A stretch of DNA of 64,000 nucleotides from Nitrospina sp. (GTDB lineage: Bacteria > Nitrospinota > Nitrospinia > Nitrospinales > VA-1), in assembly GCA_018702695.1 (NCBI GenBank), contig JABIYR010000177.1:17415-81414 (forward strand), read 5' to 3'. This document shows positions 49,444-57,521 of the stretch, one piece after another; the stretch's first letter is position 1, and every line of letters begins with the position of its first letter. The notes below the pieces were generated by a model. It searched no databases, was not told the origin of the DNA, and saw nothing but the letters and a program-made list of their open reading frames with translations. Position numbers and translations under genes: made by a program.

Positions 49444-49496
49444 TATTGGAGTACAAAGCGTGTGACTAAACAAATCTGTCTGTCGTCAACTGCGAA

Positions 49497-49931
49497 CTAC
49501 ATGCCTACTTTTTGGCGAACTTCATCCATAACTTTAGCATCAATGGTGGTGATACCGTGTTCAACCGCAAAGTTTATGACGGTTTTCTTTGCCATGCCGC
49601 GTACAAAGAAAGGCACTTTTTTGATTCTGTCGAGAGCTTCTTCGGTCCAGACCAGATCGTCTTCGGGGTTGGTTGATTTCAACTCTTCTTTAGCTTGAGC
49701 GAGAGAAGAACCGACTGCCGACATGGGTGAACTGCTTACATCGGTGGTACCGCCCATTTCAACACCCAGTTTGCTGACGAACTCTGTCTCAAATTGGTTG
49801 GTGAGCATGGCAATGCTATGACCACATTTTTTGCATTTAAATTTCATTGCAAGATTGGCCTTTTCCTCAGGCATGATGCCTTCAGTTTGGATTTCCATCT
49901 TGACATCACAAGGTATACAAAGGAATTTCAT
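49497..49931 (-). CDS. Zinc-ribbon plus PCP_red (protochlorophyllide-reductase 57-kD C-terminal-like) domain protein
   Basis: 144 aa with N-terminal CIPC...CKKC. The C-terminal segment LVWTEEALDRIKKVPFFVRGMAKKTVINFAVEHGITTIDAKVMDEV resembles the PF08369-type domain. Confidence 0.6.
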   Translation of the reverse strand: MKFLCIPCDVKMEIQTEGIMPEEKANLAMKFKCKKCGHSIAMLTNQFETEFVSKLGVEMGGTTDVSSSPMSAVGSSLAQAKEELKSTNPEDDLVWTEEALDRIKKVPFFVRGMAKKTVINFAVEHGITTIDAKVMDEVRQKVGM

Positions 49932-49943
49932 TACGTCTCCTGA

Positions 49944-50828
49944 TTATTTATTTATGAATTTTTCGATATTGTCTACGGTTTCCGTAATGGCTTTGCCGGT
50001 GACAGATTCTTTGAACTGGGTATAAAAAAGACTGCCCATTTTACTGGTCTGTGACACGCGTGTGTCGAAAGGAATCTTTCCGATATAAGGGATCGATTTT
50101 TTCTCGCTGAGTTTGAGAACATCTTCGCCGTCAAACAACTTGCCCTCTTCATTACAATGTGGGCAGACATAACTTGCCATATTTTCGATCAGCCCGATAA
50201 TGGGCACACCCATTTTGTTGTTCTTGGTGATCGACTTGGTAACAATATGTTGTGATAATTGTGACGGAATGGTGATCTCAACCGCTCCGGCCAACTCTGG
50301 AATTAAGGATCGAATATTGTCAATTCGATCGCTTCCCGGTGGCATGTCAATGAGAAGATAATCCAACTCTCCCCAATTGGTGTCTGCCAACAGTTCACGA
50401 ATGGCGGTCGATTCCATGGTGCTCACCCATACGGCTGTGGCATTGGCTTCTTCGGTCCACATCACGGGTGTGTCGGCGGTCTTGACCAGCATATCCATTG
50501 ACATGATACGGATGCCCTGATAACCAATGCCGGGGTTCAGCCCATCTTCTTTCATCTCAAGTTTGACATCGTTGCCAACGCCTAAAAGATGGCCGATGCT
50601 AGGACCATTCAAATCGGCATCAAGAATTCCGACGCGTTTACCACGGTCAGCCAGACAGGAAGCAATATTTGCCGTGATCGAACTTTTGCCGACACCGCCT
50701 TTGCCGCTCATTAATGCAACTTTATGTGTGATTTTGTCGAGGCGAGATCGCAATTTTTCGCCTAACTTGCCCACTTGCCCGACAATGTCAGACCCACCAT
50801 CGCCTTCTAGGTCCTCATATGATTTCAT
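49944..50828 (-). CDS. Mrp/NBP35/MinD-class P-loop ATPase, second paralog
   Basis: MSGKGGVGKSSITANIA, LIDMPPGSDR and the CxxC motif CPHCNEEG. The ATG at 50828 follows an AAGGAG RBS, whereas the track start at 50909 adds 27 unlikely residues. Confidence 0.85.
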   Translation of the reverse strand: MKSYEDLEGDGGSDIVGQVGKLGEKLRSRLDKITHKVALMSGKGGVGKSSITANIASCLADRGKRVGILDADLNGPSIGHLLGVGNDVKLEMKEDGLNPGIGYQGIRIMSMDMLVKTADTPVMWTEEANATAVWVSTMESTAIRELLADTNWGELDYLLIDMPPGSDRIDNIRSLIPELAGAVEITIPSQLSQHIVTKSITKNNKMGVPIIGLIENMASYVCPHCNEEGKLFDGEDVLKLSEKKSIPYIGKIPFDTRVSQTSKMGSLFYTQFKESVTGKAITETVDNIEKFINK

Positions 50829-51071
50829 GAAAAACTCCTTATCAACTCCCCAACGAACAGGGTGATTGTTTAAATTCGAATCAATCATAATAGAGTAAAA
50901 AACCTTCATTTTAAAGACTTTCTTGCGGCTTTAGAAAGAAAACGTGGATGCCATAAAATATTTATTGCCGCAATTGTTGTTTTTAGGTTGACCGTTGAGG
51001 TTTGACTCATTTATCTTAGCAAGTTTAGCGTTTGTCCCGTTTACGGGTTCTATTTTGAGGAAGATTAAAGC

Positions 51072-53207
51072 ATGGTTTTAACGCAAGAAGACAGGCAGTT
51101 GATCGAAGAAGAAGAGAATATTTTGCGCACCACTTTGGAGTCGTTGTGTAGACAGCTTCCGCAAGTGCAAGCCTCAAAAATCAGTGCCAATCAAGCGGCT
51201 CGTGAATTGACCGCTCAGGTGGTTAATGAGTGGAACCATGAAGAACGACAACCTCTTATCTCTGATGAGGCGGTGGCGCATCGTGTTTTAGATATCCGCA
51301 AAAATAGTGACAAAGCTCTTTATGCCCTGATTCAGGAACCCTATTTTGGAAGGGTTATTACCAGGGAAGAGGATGGCAGTGAAGTTTCTTTCTTAATCGG
51401 AAAAACCAGCAATATTGAAGCGGGAGTGGTGGATTGGAGAAATGGCCCCATTGCCGGCTTGTATTTCAATTATAAGCAAGATGAAGAGTTTTTTGAGGTC
51501 ATCAACCAAAGAGAACGTAGCGGACAGATTAAATTAAGACGCGCTTACCGGATAGAAAATGGTCAATTGGTGCAGATTGATTGCCCTGAAGGGGTCTTCC
51601 GTAGAGCTGAGACGAAATGGGAAAAACTGGATGTCGAGGATGAGGTTGCGGCGCATCGCTCTAGAGCCAGTCGCTCTAAAGAGAAAAGCTTACCGAATAT
51701 TCTCTCGTTAATCACCAAAGAGCAGTTTGAAATGATCACCAGCGACCCTGAGATACCAGTTATCATTCAGGGCTCAGCCGGTTCGGGTAAGACCACCGTT
51801 GCTTTGCATCGGCTGGCTTGGCTTCTGCATGAAGAAAACTCTCAGGCACTAGCAAAAAATACCCGTGTGATGGTTATGAATAAATCTTTGCAGATTTATG
51901 TCAGTGCGACTCTGCCATCCATGAGCATTCAAGATGTGCAAACCTCGACTTTTAATAGTTGGGCCCTGTCGGTGATAGGAAAAGTCGTTCGTGGACGACC
52001 TTTTTTCAAATTCCACAATGTTCCCTCCTTTGTAGAAGAAATTAAATTCTCTGACGAAATTCTGAAGGCATTGGAAGGTTGGGTCGAAAAGCAAAATAAG
52101 GTGTTGGTGGAAAATGTAGAGAAAGAGTTTAAAAAATGGCCGGGGTTATTAAAAACATGGAAAAAATACGAAGATAAAGCTTTGCTACCCCGCCTAAGAG
52201 ACTTTACTCATGATGTTAAAGAATCGAGCATGCCCAAATACGACAAGGATCAGCGTATGCTTTTTCTTGAACGAACCCTGTTCGACCTAGAAGATTATGT
52301 TCAGGATATTTATAACTTGCTTTCTGATTCGGAGCATTTAAAAACTTATCTCTCGGCGGATGCTAAACTCGATTCTAATCTGGATTACTTGAAGAGATTG
52401 ACAGAAAGAAACCGAGCTAAAAACAACCTCGATTATTTCGACATGTCATTAGTGTTACGCCTCATCCAGCTCAAAAATGATGGCATTCCCGATGGATCAG
52501 GGGGAGTGGTTGCACTCGATCATCTGGTGATTGATGAGGCGCAAGATTTTGGTCCGGTTGAATTTGCCATCATGATGGCGTCGGTCAGTGATAAACGTCA
52601 GATAACCATAGTGGGGGATGTGGCACAGAAGATTCTATCGGCAAGAAAATTCATTGGCTGGAACAAGGTTGTGAGTCAATTAGGTTTGGAGGAAGACTCG
52701 ATTATCCGGCTTGAAGTTTCATTCCGTTGTACGGTTCCGATTATGACTTTGGCGCATAAAGTGGCGGGAGAACCGAAAAAAGTTGAGGGTAGGGCTGGTT
52801 CAGAACCAGAATGGTACAAGGCGGAAGATCGGGACAGTATGCTGGAGCATTTGGTGACTTGGAGCAACCGTTTGATTAAGGCCAACCCCTACGCACTCAT
52901 CGCCCTGATTTGTCGTTACCCAAAGCAGGCTATGGAGTTGAAAGAAGAGTTGGAGCAATATTTGTCTGGTGAAGTGCGTTTGGGCCACCGCGACCAGTTT
53001 TCCTTTGAACCCGGTATTATGGTGACAAATATCCATCAGGTTAAAGGGCTGGAGTTCGATTCCGTCGCATTGATCGAACCCGATGAAGACAATTACCCGA
53101 TTAAAAAAGAAGAAAGCCGCAATATGATTTATGTGGGCATCACGCGAGCGCAAGACGAACTATTGTTGACCAGTGTGAAGGCCTTTTCTCGCGTTTTTTT
53201 CTATTAA
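51072..53207 (+). CDS. helD: UvrD-like helicase of the HelD/helicase IV type
   Basis: 711 aa with N-terminal EPYFGRV, Walker A GSAGSGKTTVALHRLAWLL, LVIDEAQDF, and C-terminal VKGLEFDSVALI...YVGITRAQDEL. Confidence 0.8.
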   Translation: MVLTQEDRQLIEEEENILRTTLESLCRQLPQVQASKISANQAARELTAQVVNEWNHEERQPLISDEAVAHRVLDIRKNSDKALYALIQEPYFGRVITREEDGSEVSFLIGKTSNIEAGVVDWRNGPIAGLYFNYKQDEEFFEVINQRERSGQIKLRRAYRIENGQLVQIDCPEGVFRRAETKWEKLDVEDEVAAHRSRASRSKEKSLPNILSLITKEQFEMITSDPEIPVIIQGSAGSGKTTVALHRLAWLLHEENSQALAKNTRVMVMNKSLQIYVSATLPSMSIQDVQTSTFNSWALSVIGKVVRGRPFFKFHNVPSFVEEIKFSDEILKALEGWVEKQNKVLVENVEKEFKKWPGLLKTWKKYEDKALLPRLRDFTHDVKESSMPKYDKDQRMLFLERTLFDLEDYVQDIYNLLSDSEHLKTYLSADAKLDSNLDYLKRLTERNRAKNNLDYFDMSLVLRLIQLKNDGIPDGSGGVVALDHLVIDEAQDFGPVEFAIMMASVSDKRQITIVGDVAQKILSARKFIGWNKVVSQLGLEEDSIIRLEVSFRCTVPIMTLAHKVAGEPKKVEGRAGSEPEWYKAEDRDSMLEHLVTWSNRLIKANPYALIALICRYPKQAMELKEELEQYLSGEVRLGHRDQFSFEPGIMVTNIHQVKGLEFDSVALIEPDEDNYPIKKEESRNMIYVGITRAQDELLLTSVKAFSRVFFY

Positions 53208-53248
53208 CTAATTGCTTAAAAAGGTTTTAAATTAAACTCTTAATAAAT

Positions 53249-53474
53249 GTTGCGAAACATGGTAGGAGGCCTATATTAGTCTCGTAGGGATTTGAGGCTA
53301 GTCTTAGCAAAGGAGGTCGGTATAGATACTACTGATAGTCCACCTAAAATGTTTAGTAGAACCAAATTGAGAGTTCGCATATAAATGTGAACGGACCCGC
53401 ATAGATCGCAAGACGGGCCAAAAAATGAAAAAACGCGTTGAGCAGGTGCAACGCGTTTTTTGTTTGTCATAAGA
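53249..53474 (+). promoter_or_regulatory. Candidate promoter plus ~180-nt leader/sRNA with uORF-embedded terminator upstream of truA
   Basis: TTGCGA (53249-53254), a 16-nt spacer, TATATT (53271-53276). A 15-codon uORF at 53425-53472 (MKKRVEQVQRVFCLS) covers the terminator hairpin and stops 2 nt before the truA ATG. Confidence 0.35.
53428..53461 (+). terminator. Perfect rho-independent terminator (A-tract / stem / T-tract, bidirectional in form)
   Basis: AAAAAA-CGCGTTG (53434-53440), loop agcaggtg, CAACGCG (53449-53455), then TTTTTT (53456-53461). Confidence 0.85.
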
Positions 53475-54212
53475 ATGAAAAAAAAATATCTCCTATTAGT
53501 AGAGTTTGAAGGAACGGCTTACCACGGTTGGCAGATGCAGACTAATGCCCTGTCCATTCAGGAAGTGGTAGAAAAAGCCTTGAGTCGCATCACCAACACT
53601 AAAACTACTATTTTAAGTTCTGGCAGAACCGATGCCGGAGTTCACGCCGAAGGAATGCCAGCTCATTTTGTGACCGAATCTAAAATGACTGCGGGTCAAA
53701 TTCAGTTGGCCTTAAACAGCCTGCTTCCGCACGACATCACCATTCGAGAAGTTCGAGAGGTCTCCATAGAATTTCATGCCCGAGGTTCAGCGAAGAATAA
53801 ACTTTACCGTTACACTATTTTAAATAGAGATTACCCCTCGGCACTCAATTTTCGTCGATCGTGGTTCATTCCGCATGAGTTGGATTTCACCGCTATGCAA
53901 GAAGCCGCTAGTTATTTAGTCGGAGAGCACGATTTCACCTCATTTCGTGCAGGCAACTGCAATGCAAAATCACCTGTTCGCACAATGCTACGCGCCGAAC
54001 TTTACCGAGATGGTGACTACTTGCAATGCGAGTTTGAAGGCAAAGGTTTCTTAAAACATATGGTGCGTAATTTTATCGGAACCCTTGTGTATGTCGGTAA
54101 AGGAAAATATCCCGCTAGTGAGATAAAAACCATCCTGTCCGCCTGTGATCGTAAAGTCGCTGGCCCTACCGCCCCTCCCGAAGGTCTGTGCCTGATAAGA
54201 GTAGAATATTAG
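53475..54212 (+). CDS. truA: tRNA pseudouridine(38-40) synthase TruA
   Basis: YLLLVEFEGTAYHGWQ, with the catalytic Asp motif SGRTDAGVHA. The ATG at 53475 is preferred over the track's TTG at 53460. Confidence 0.93.
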   Translation: MKKKYLLLVEFEGTAYHGWQMQTNALSIQEVVEKALSRITNTKTTILSSGRTDAGVHAEGMPAHFVTESKMTAGQIQLALNSLLPHDITIREVREVSIEFHARGSAKNKLYRYTILNRDYPSALNFRRSWFIPHELDFTAMQEAASYLVGEHDFTSFRAGNCNAKSPVRTMLRAELYRDGDYLQCEFEGKGFLKHMVRNFIGTLVYVGKGKYPASEIKTILSACDRKVAGPTAPPEGLCLIRVEY

Positions 54213-54349
54213 GCAAGTTTGATGATGACAAGGACAAAGATGAGAACGAGTCCAAAAAGAAAGAAAAGCTAATTAAATAGATCGGTTTAACCAGCTAAAT
54301 TCAATGTCATTTATATAAGTGGGGGCTTCTCCTTTTGGGGGGCATTTTT

Positions 54350-55111
54350 TTAGGGTTTTAATCTCTTGCCTTGCGGGTTGAAAATATCGAAATGACTTCC
54401 GCCACGTTTGGCGAGTGCATATTTTATTGCAGTTTGCATAACTCCCAGCCCATAGGTGACACTGCGGCTGAAACTGATAGAGGAGGCATCGTCGAAATAC
54501 AGGGCAGGGCAGGACACCTCCCCAACGTCAAACCCGAAGTATAGGGTCTGGCAAAGCATTTGGTTGTCGAATACAAAATCATCGGAGTTTTCCAGCAGCG
54601 GAATGGTTTCCAATACTTTTCGGCTGAAGGCTCGGTAGCCAGTGTGATACTCGGATAATTTTTGCTGGATGATGAAGTTCTCGGTCAGGGTTAAAAACCG
54701 ATTGAAGATGTATTTATAAGTTGGCATTCCCCCCATCATGGCTTTGTTACCTAGAATTCTCGAACCGATCACCGCATCAAATATACCTTCTGCGATCATA
54801 GAAGCCATCGGTGTGATGAGTTTGGGCGTGTACTGATAGTCTGGATGCAACATGATAACTATGTCTGCGCCACATTCGAGAGCGGCTTGATAGCAGGTTT
54901 TCTGGTTGCCACCGTAACCTTTGTTTTGGGTGTGAACAAAGGTTTTGATGTCTAACTCATTCGATACTTTGGCAGTTTGATCTTGGCTGGCATCATCGGT
55001 GAGTATGATATCGTCAACAATATCTTTGGGAATTTCGTCATAGGTTTTTTTAAGGGTTTTTTCGGCGTTATAGGCCGGCATGACGACACAGATTTTTTTG
55101 CCATTAATCAT
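54350..55111 (-). CDS. Family 2 glycosyltransferase
   Basis: 253 aa with VVMPAYNAEKTL, LTDDASQDQT and MLHPDYQY motifs. Confidence 0.8.
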   Translation of the reverse strand: MINGKKICVVMPAYNAEKTLKKTYDEIPKDIVDDIILTDDASQDQTAKVSNELDIKTFVHTQNKGYGGNQKTCYQAALECGADIVIMLHPDYQYTPKLITPMASMIAEGIFDAVIGSRILGNKAMMGGMPTYKYIFNRFLTLTENFIIQQKLSEYHTGYRAFSRKVLETIPLLENSDDFVFDNQMLCQTLYFGFDVGEVSCPALYFDDASSISFSRSVTYGLGVMQTAIKYALAKRGGSHFDIFNPQGKRLKP

Positions 55112-55284
55112 TTTTGGGGTAGGCTTTAGAGTTTGCTAGAGTTTTTATTTGGAGATCTATGATAATGTAAAAATAAATATTTACAACGTAATTTATGCCC
55201 GTATACTTTCCATTTGGTGGTGGATCTTTAATAAATATAAATATATCTCGGCAACCAGAATATTAGGGGAGTTTGATTATTTCT

Positions 55285-56379
55285 ATGAAAACAGAATTGA
55301 ATATTGCAGTATTTCCTGGTGATGGAATTGGCCCTGAAGTGATTAAAGAGGCTTTAAAAATTCTCAAGATCATTGAGTCTAAACTGGGTTTAAAAGTTAG
55401 CCTTAATGAAGCACCGGTTGGTGGCGCAGGGTATGAAGCAACAGGCCACCCTTTGCCCGATGCCTCTTTAGATATAGCACGCAATGCCGATGCGGTGTTG
55501 CTGGGGGCTGTTGGAGGGCCGAAATGGGAGAATATTGATTTTTCTTTGCGGCCTGAGCGGGCTTTGTTGGGCCTCCGGTCGAGTTTAGGGTTGTATGCAA
55601 ACCTGCGTCCGGCACAAATTTTCCCTGCTTTAGTTGATGCTTCAACGTTGAAGCGGGAAGTGGTCGAAGGACTAGACCTTCTGGTTGTGCGAGAACTGAC
55701 AGGCGGAATCTATTTTGGTCAACCACGTGGTGTGGATACCTTGGAAGATGGAACGCGACGTGGATATAACACCTTGGTCTATACCGAGCCTGAAATTAAA
55801 CGGATCGCTCGCATTGCCTTCGATGTAGCGCGAAAACGTAATAAGAAGGTTTGTTCTGTAGATAAGGCCAATGTTTTGGAAGCCACCGGGTTCTGGCGTG
55901 AAGTGGTGACAGATCTGCACTCTGAATACTCAGATGTCGAGCTCTCGCATATGTATGTAGACAATTGTGCCATGCAGTTAGTGAGAAACCCGAAGCAATT
56001 TGATGTGATTCTTACAACTAATATGTTTGGGGATATTTTGAGTGATGAAGCATCTATGCTCACGGGCTCAATTGGCATGTTACCTTCTGCAAGTCTAGGT
56101 GAAAAACACGCCATGTATGAACCCATTCATGGTTCAGCACCCGATATTGCGGGGCAGGAACTGGCAAACCCTCTGGCAACGATTTTGTCAGTCGGAATGA
56201 TGTTCAAATATTCGTTAAATCGGGAAGAGCCGAATAGCTGGATCGAGTCGGCGGTTGAATCTGTATTGGCAAAAGGGGTTCGCACTCGTGACATTATGTC
56301 TGCTGGCATGAAAGAGGTGGGCACTCAAGCAATGGGTGACTTGATTGCAGAAGAGCTGGAGAGTAAAAATGTTGGTTAA
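55285..56379 (+). CDS. leuB: 3-isopropylmalate dehydrogenase
   Basis: [21 protein letters not shown] and [25 protein letters not shown] motifs. The ATG at 55285 is preferred over the track's TTG at 55273. Confidence 0.95.
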   Translation: MKTELNIAVFPGDGIGPEVIKEALKILKIIESKLGLKVSLNEAPVGGAGYEATGHPLPDASLDIARNADAVLLGAVGGPKWENIDFSLRPERALLGLRSSLGLYANLRPAQIFPALVDASTLKREVVEGLDLLVVRELTGGIYFGQPRGVDTLEDGTRRGYNTLVYTEPEIKRIARIAFDVARKRNKKVCSVDKANVLEATGFWREVVTDLHSEYSDVELSHMYVDNCAMQLVRNPKQFDVILTTNMFGDILSDEASMLTGSIGMLPSASLGEKHAMYEPIHGSAPDIAGQELANPLATILSVGMMFKYSLNREEPNSWIESAVESVLAKGVRTRDIMSAGMKEVGTQAMGDLIAEELESKNVG

Positions 56380-57394
56380 GAAAGAGCAGTACAATATTGC
56401 CATCGCAGGAGCCACCGGAGCCGTGGGCCGAAAAATGTTGGAAATTCTCGCTGAGCGAGGATTTCCAGTGGGAAACTTGAAAGTCTTGGCTTCAGCAAAA
56501 TCTGTGGGGCAATCTCTTGAGTTCAACAATGCTTCTATCGATGTTGAGGAGTTGACGGAGGAATCATTTGAAGGGGTGGACATTGCCCTTTTTTCTGCGG
56601 GTGCTGGAGTGAGCCGTCAGTTTGCTCCGGCCGCTGTTAAATCGGGATGCATTGTGATTGATAACAGCAGTGCCTTTCGAATGCATGAAGGCATTCCACT
56701 CGTGGTGCCCGAGGTGAATTCTTCTTCGATCTGCGATGATCCTGGCATCATTGCCAACCCCAACTGCTCAACCATACAAATGGTCGTGGCGTTAAAACCG
56801 ATTCATGACAAATATCAGATAAAGCGGATTGTGGTTTCGACTTATCAATCGGTTTCCGGTTCTGGGCAGAAAGCTATTACTGAACTGGAGGTTCAGTCCA
56901 AAAACTTGTTGGAAGGGCAAGAGGCTAAGGCTGAGGTTTATCCTCATCAAATAGCTTTTAACTGCTTGCCACATATAGATGTTTTTATGGATAATGGCTA
57001 CACCAAGGAAGAGATGAAGATGGTGGATGAGACGCGTAAAATTTTAGGCGATGCATCGATTCGTGTTTCGCCTACGGCTGTGCGTGTGCCAGTGTTCTAC
57101 TCGCATTCTGAATCCTTGAATGTGGAAACCGAAAACCCGATCAAGGCTCAGGACGTTAAAGAACTTTTGTCTGGGATGAATGGAATTCAGGTGGTGGACG
57201 ACCCCGAGTCGAATGAATACCCCTTGGCGGTGGATTGTACGGATCGAGATGAGGTGTTTGTAGGGCGAATTCGTCAGGATATTTCATGTGAAAATGCCAT
57301 TAATTTTTGGGTGGTCTCTGATAATTTACGCAAGGGTGCGGCATTGAACGCGGTGCAAATTGCTGAATATTTGATACAAAGAGCGAACGCGTGA
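56369..57394 (+). CDS. asd: Aspartate-semialdehyde dehydrogenase
   Basis: [12 protein letters not shown], with the active-site Cys region [12 protein letters not shown]. The ATG at 56369 follows a GGAGAG RBS and overlaps the end of leuB. Confidence 0.93.
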   Translation: MLVKKEQYNIAIAGATGAVGRKMLEILAERGFPVGNLKVLASAKSVGQSLEFNNASIDVEELTEESFEGVDIALFSAGAGVSRQFAPAAVKSGCIVIDNSSAFRMHEGIPLVVPEVNSSSICDDPGIIANPNCSTIQMVVALKPIHDKYQIKRIVVSTYQSVSGSGQKAITELEVQSKNLLEGQEAKAEVYPHQIAFNCLPHIDVFMDNGYTKEEMKMVDETRKILGDASIRVSPTAVRVPVFYSHSESLNVETENPIKAQDVKELLSGMNGIQVVDDPESNEYPLAVDCTDRDEVFVGRIRQDISCENAINFWVVSDNLRKGAALNAVQIAEYLIQRANA

Positions 57395-57418
57395 ACGCCC
57401 TCCATTTCGCTTACCTGC

Positions 57419-57447
57419 TTGACATTGATTTCTCTTAAGTATATAAA
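57419..57447 (+). promoter_or_regulatory. Sigma70-type promoter for the coiled-coil gene
   Basis: TTGACA (57419-57424), a 17-nt spacer, then TATAAA (57442-57447). Confidence 0.5.
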
Positions 57448-57521
57448 AACATAGTGCCTTATGGTATTTGGGTGCTGGCCCTTTGCCAAAAAACAATCCA
57501 CATTGAAACAGGACTCCTGTT

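Noticed and set aside
53276-53470. 64-aa minus-strand ORF in the helD-truA spacer
   Set aside because: It has no RBS and no motifs, and it would read through the terminator hairpin in antisense. The spacer is better explained as a plus-strand leader or sRNA.
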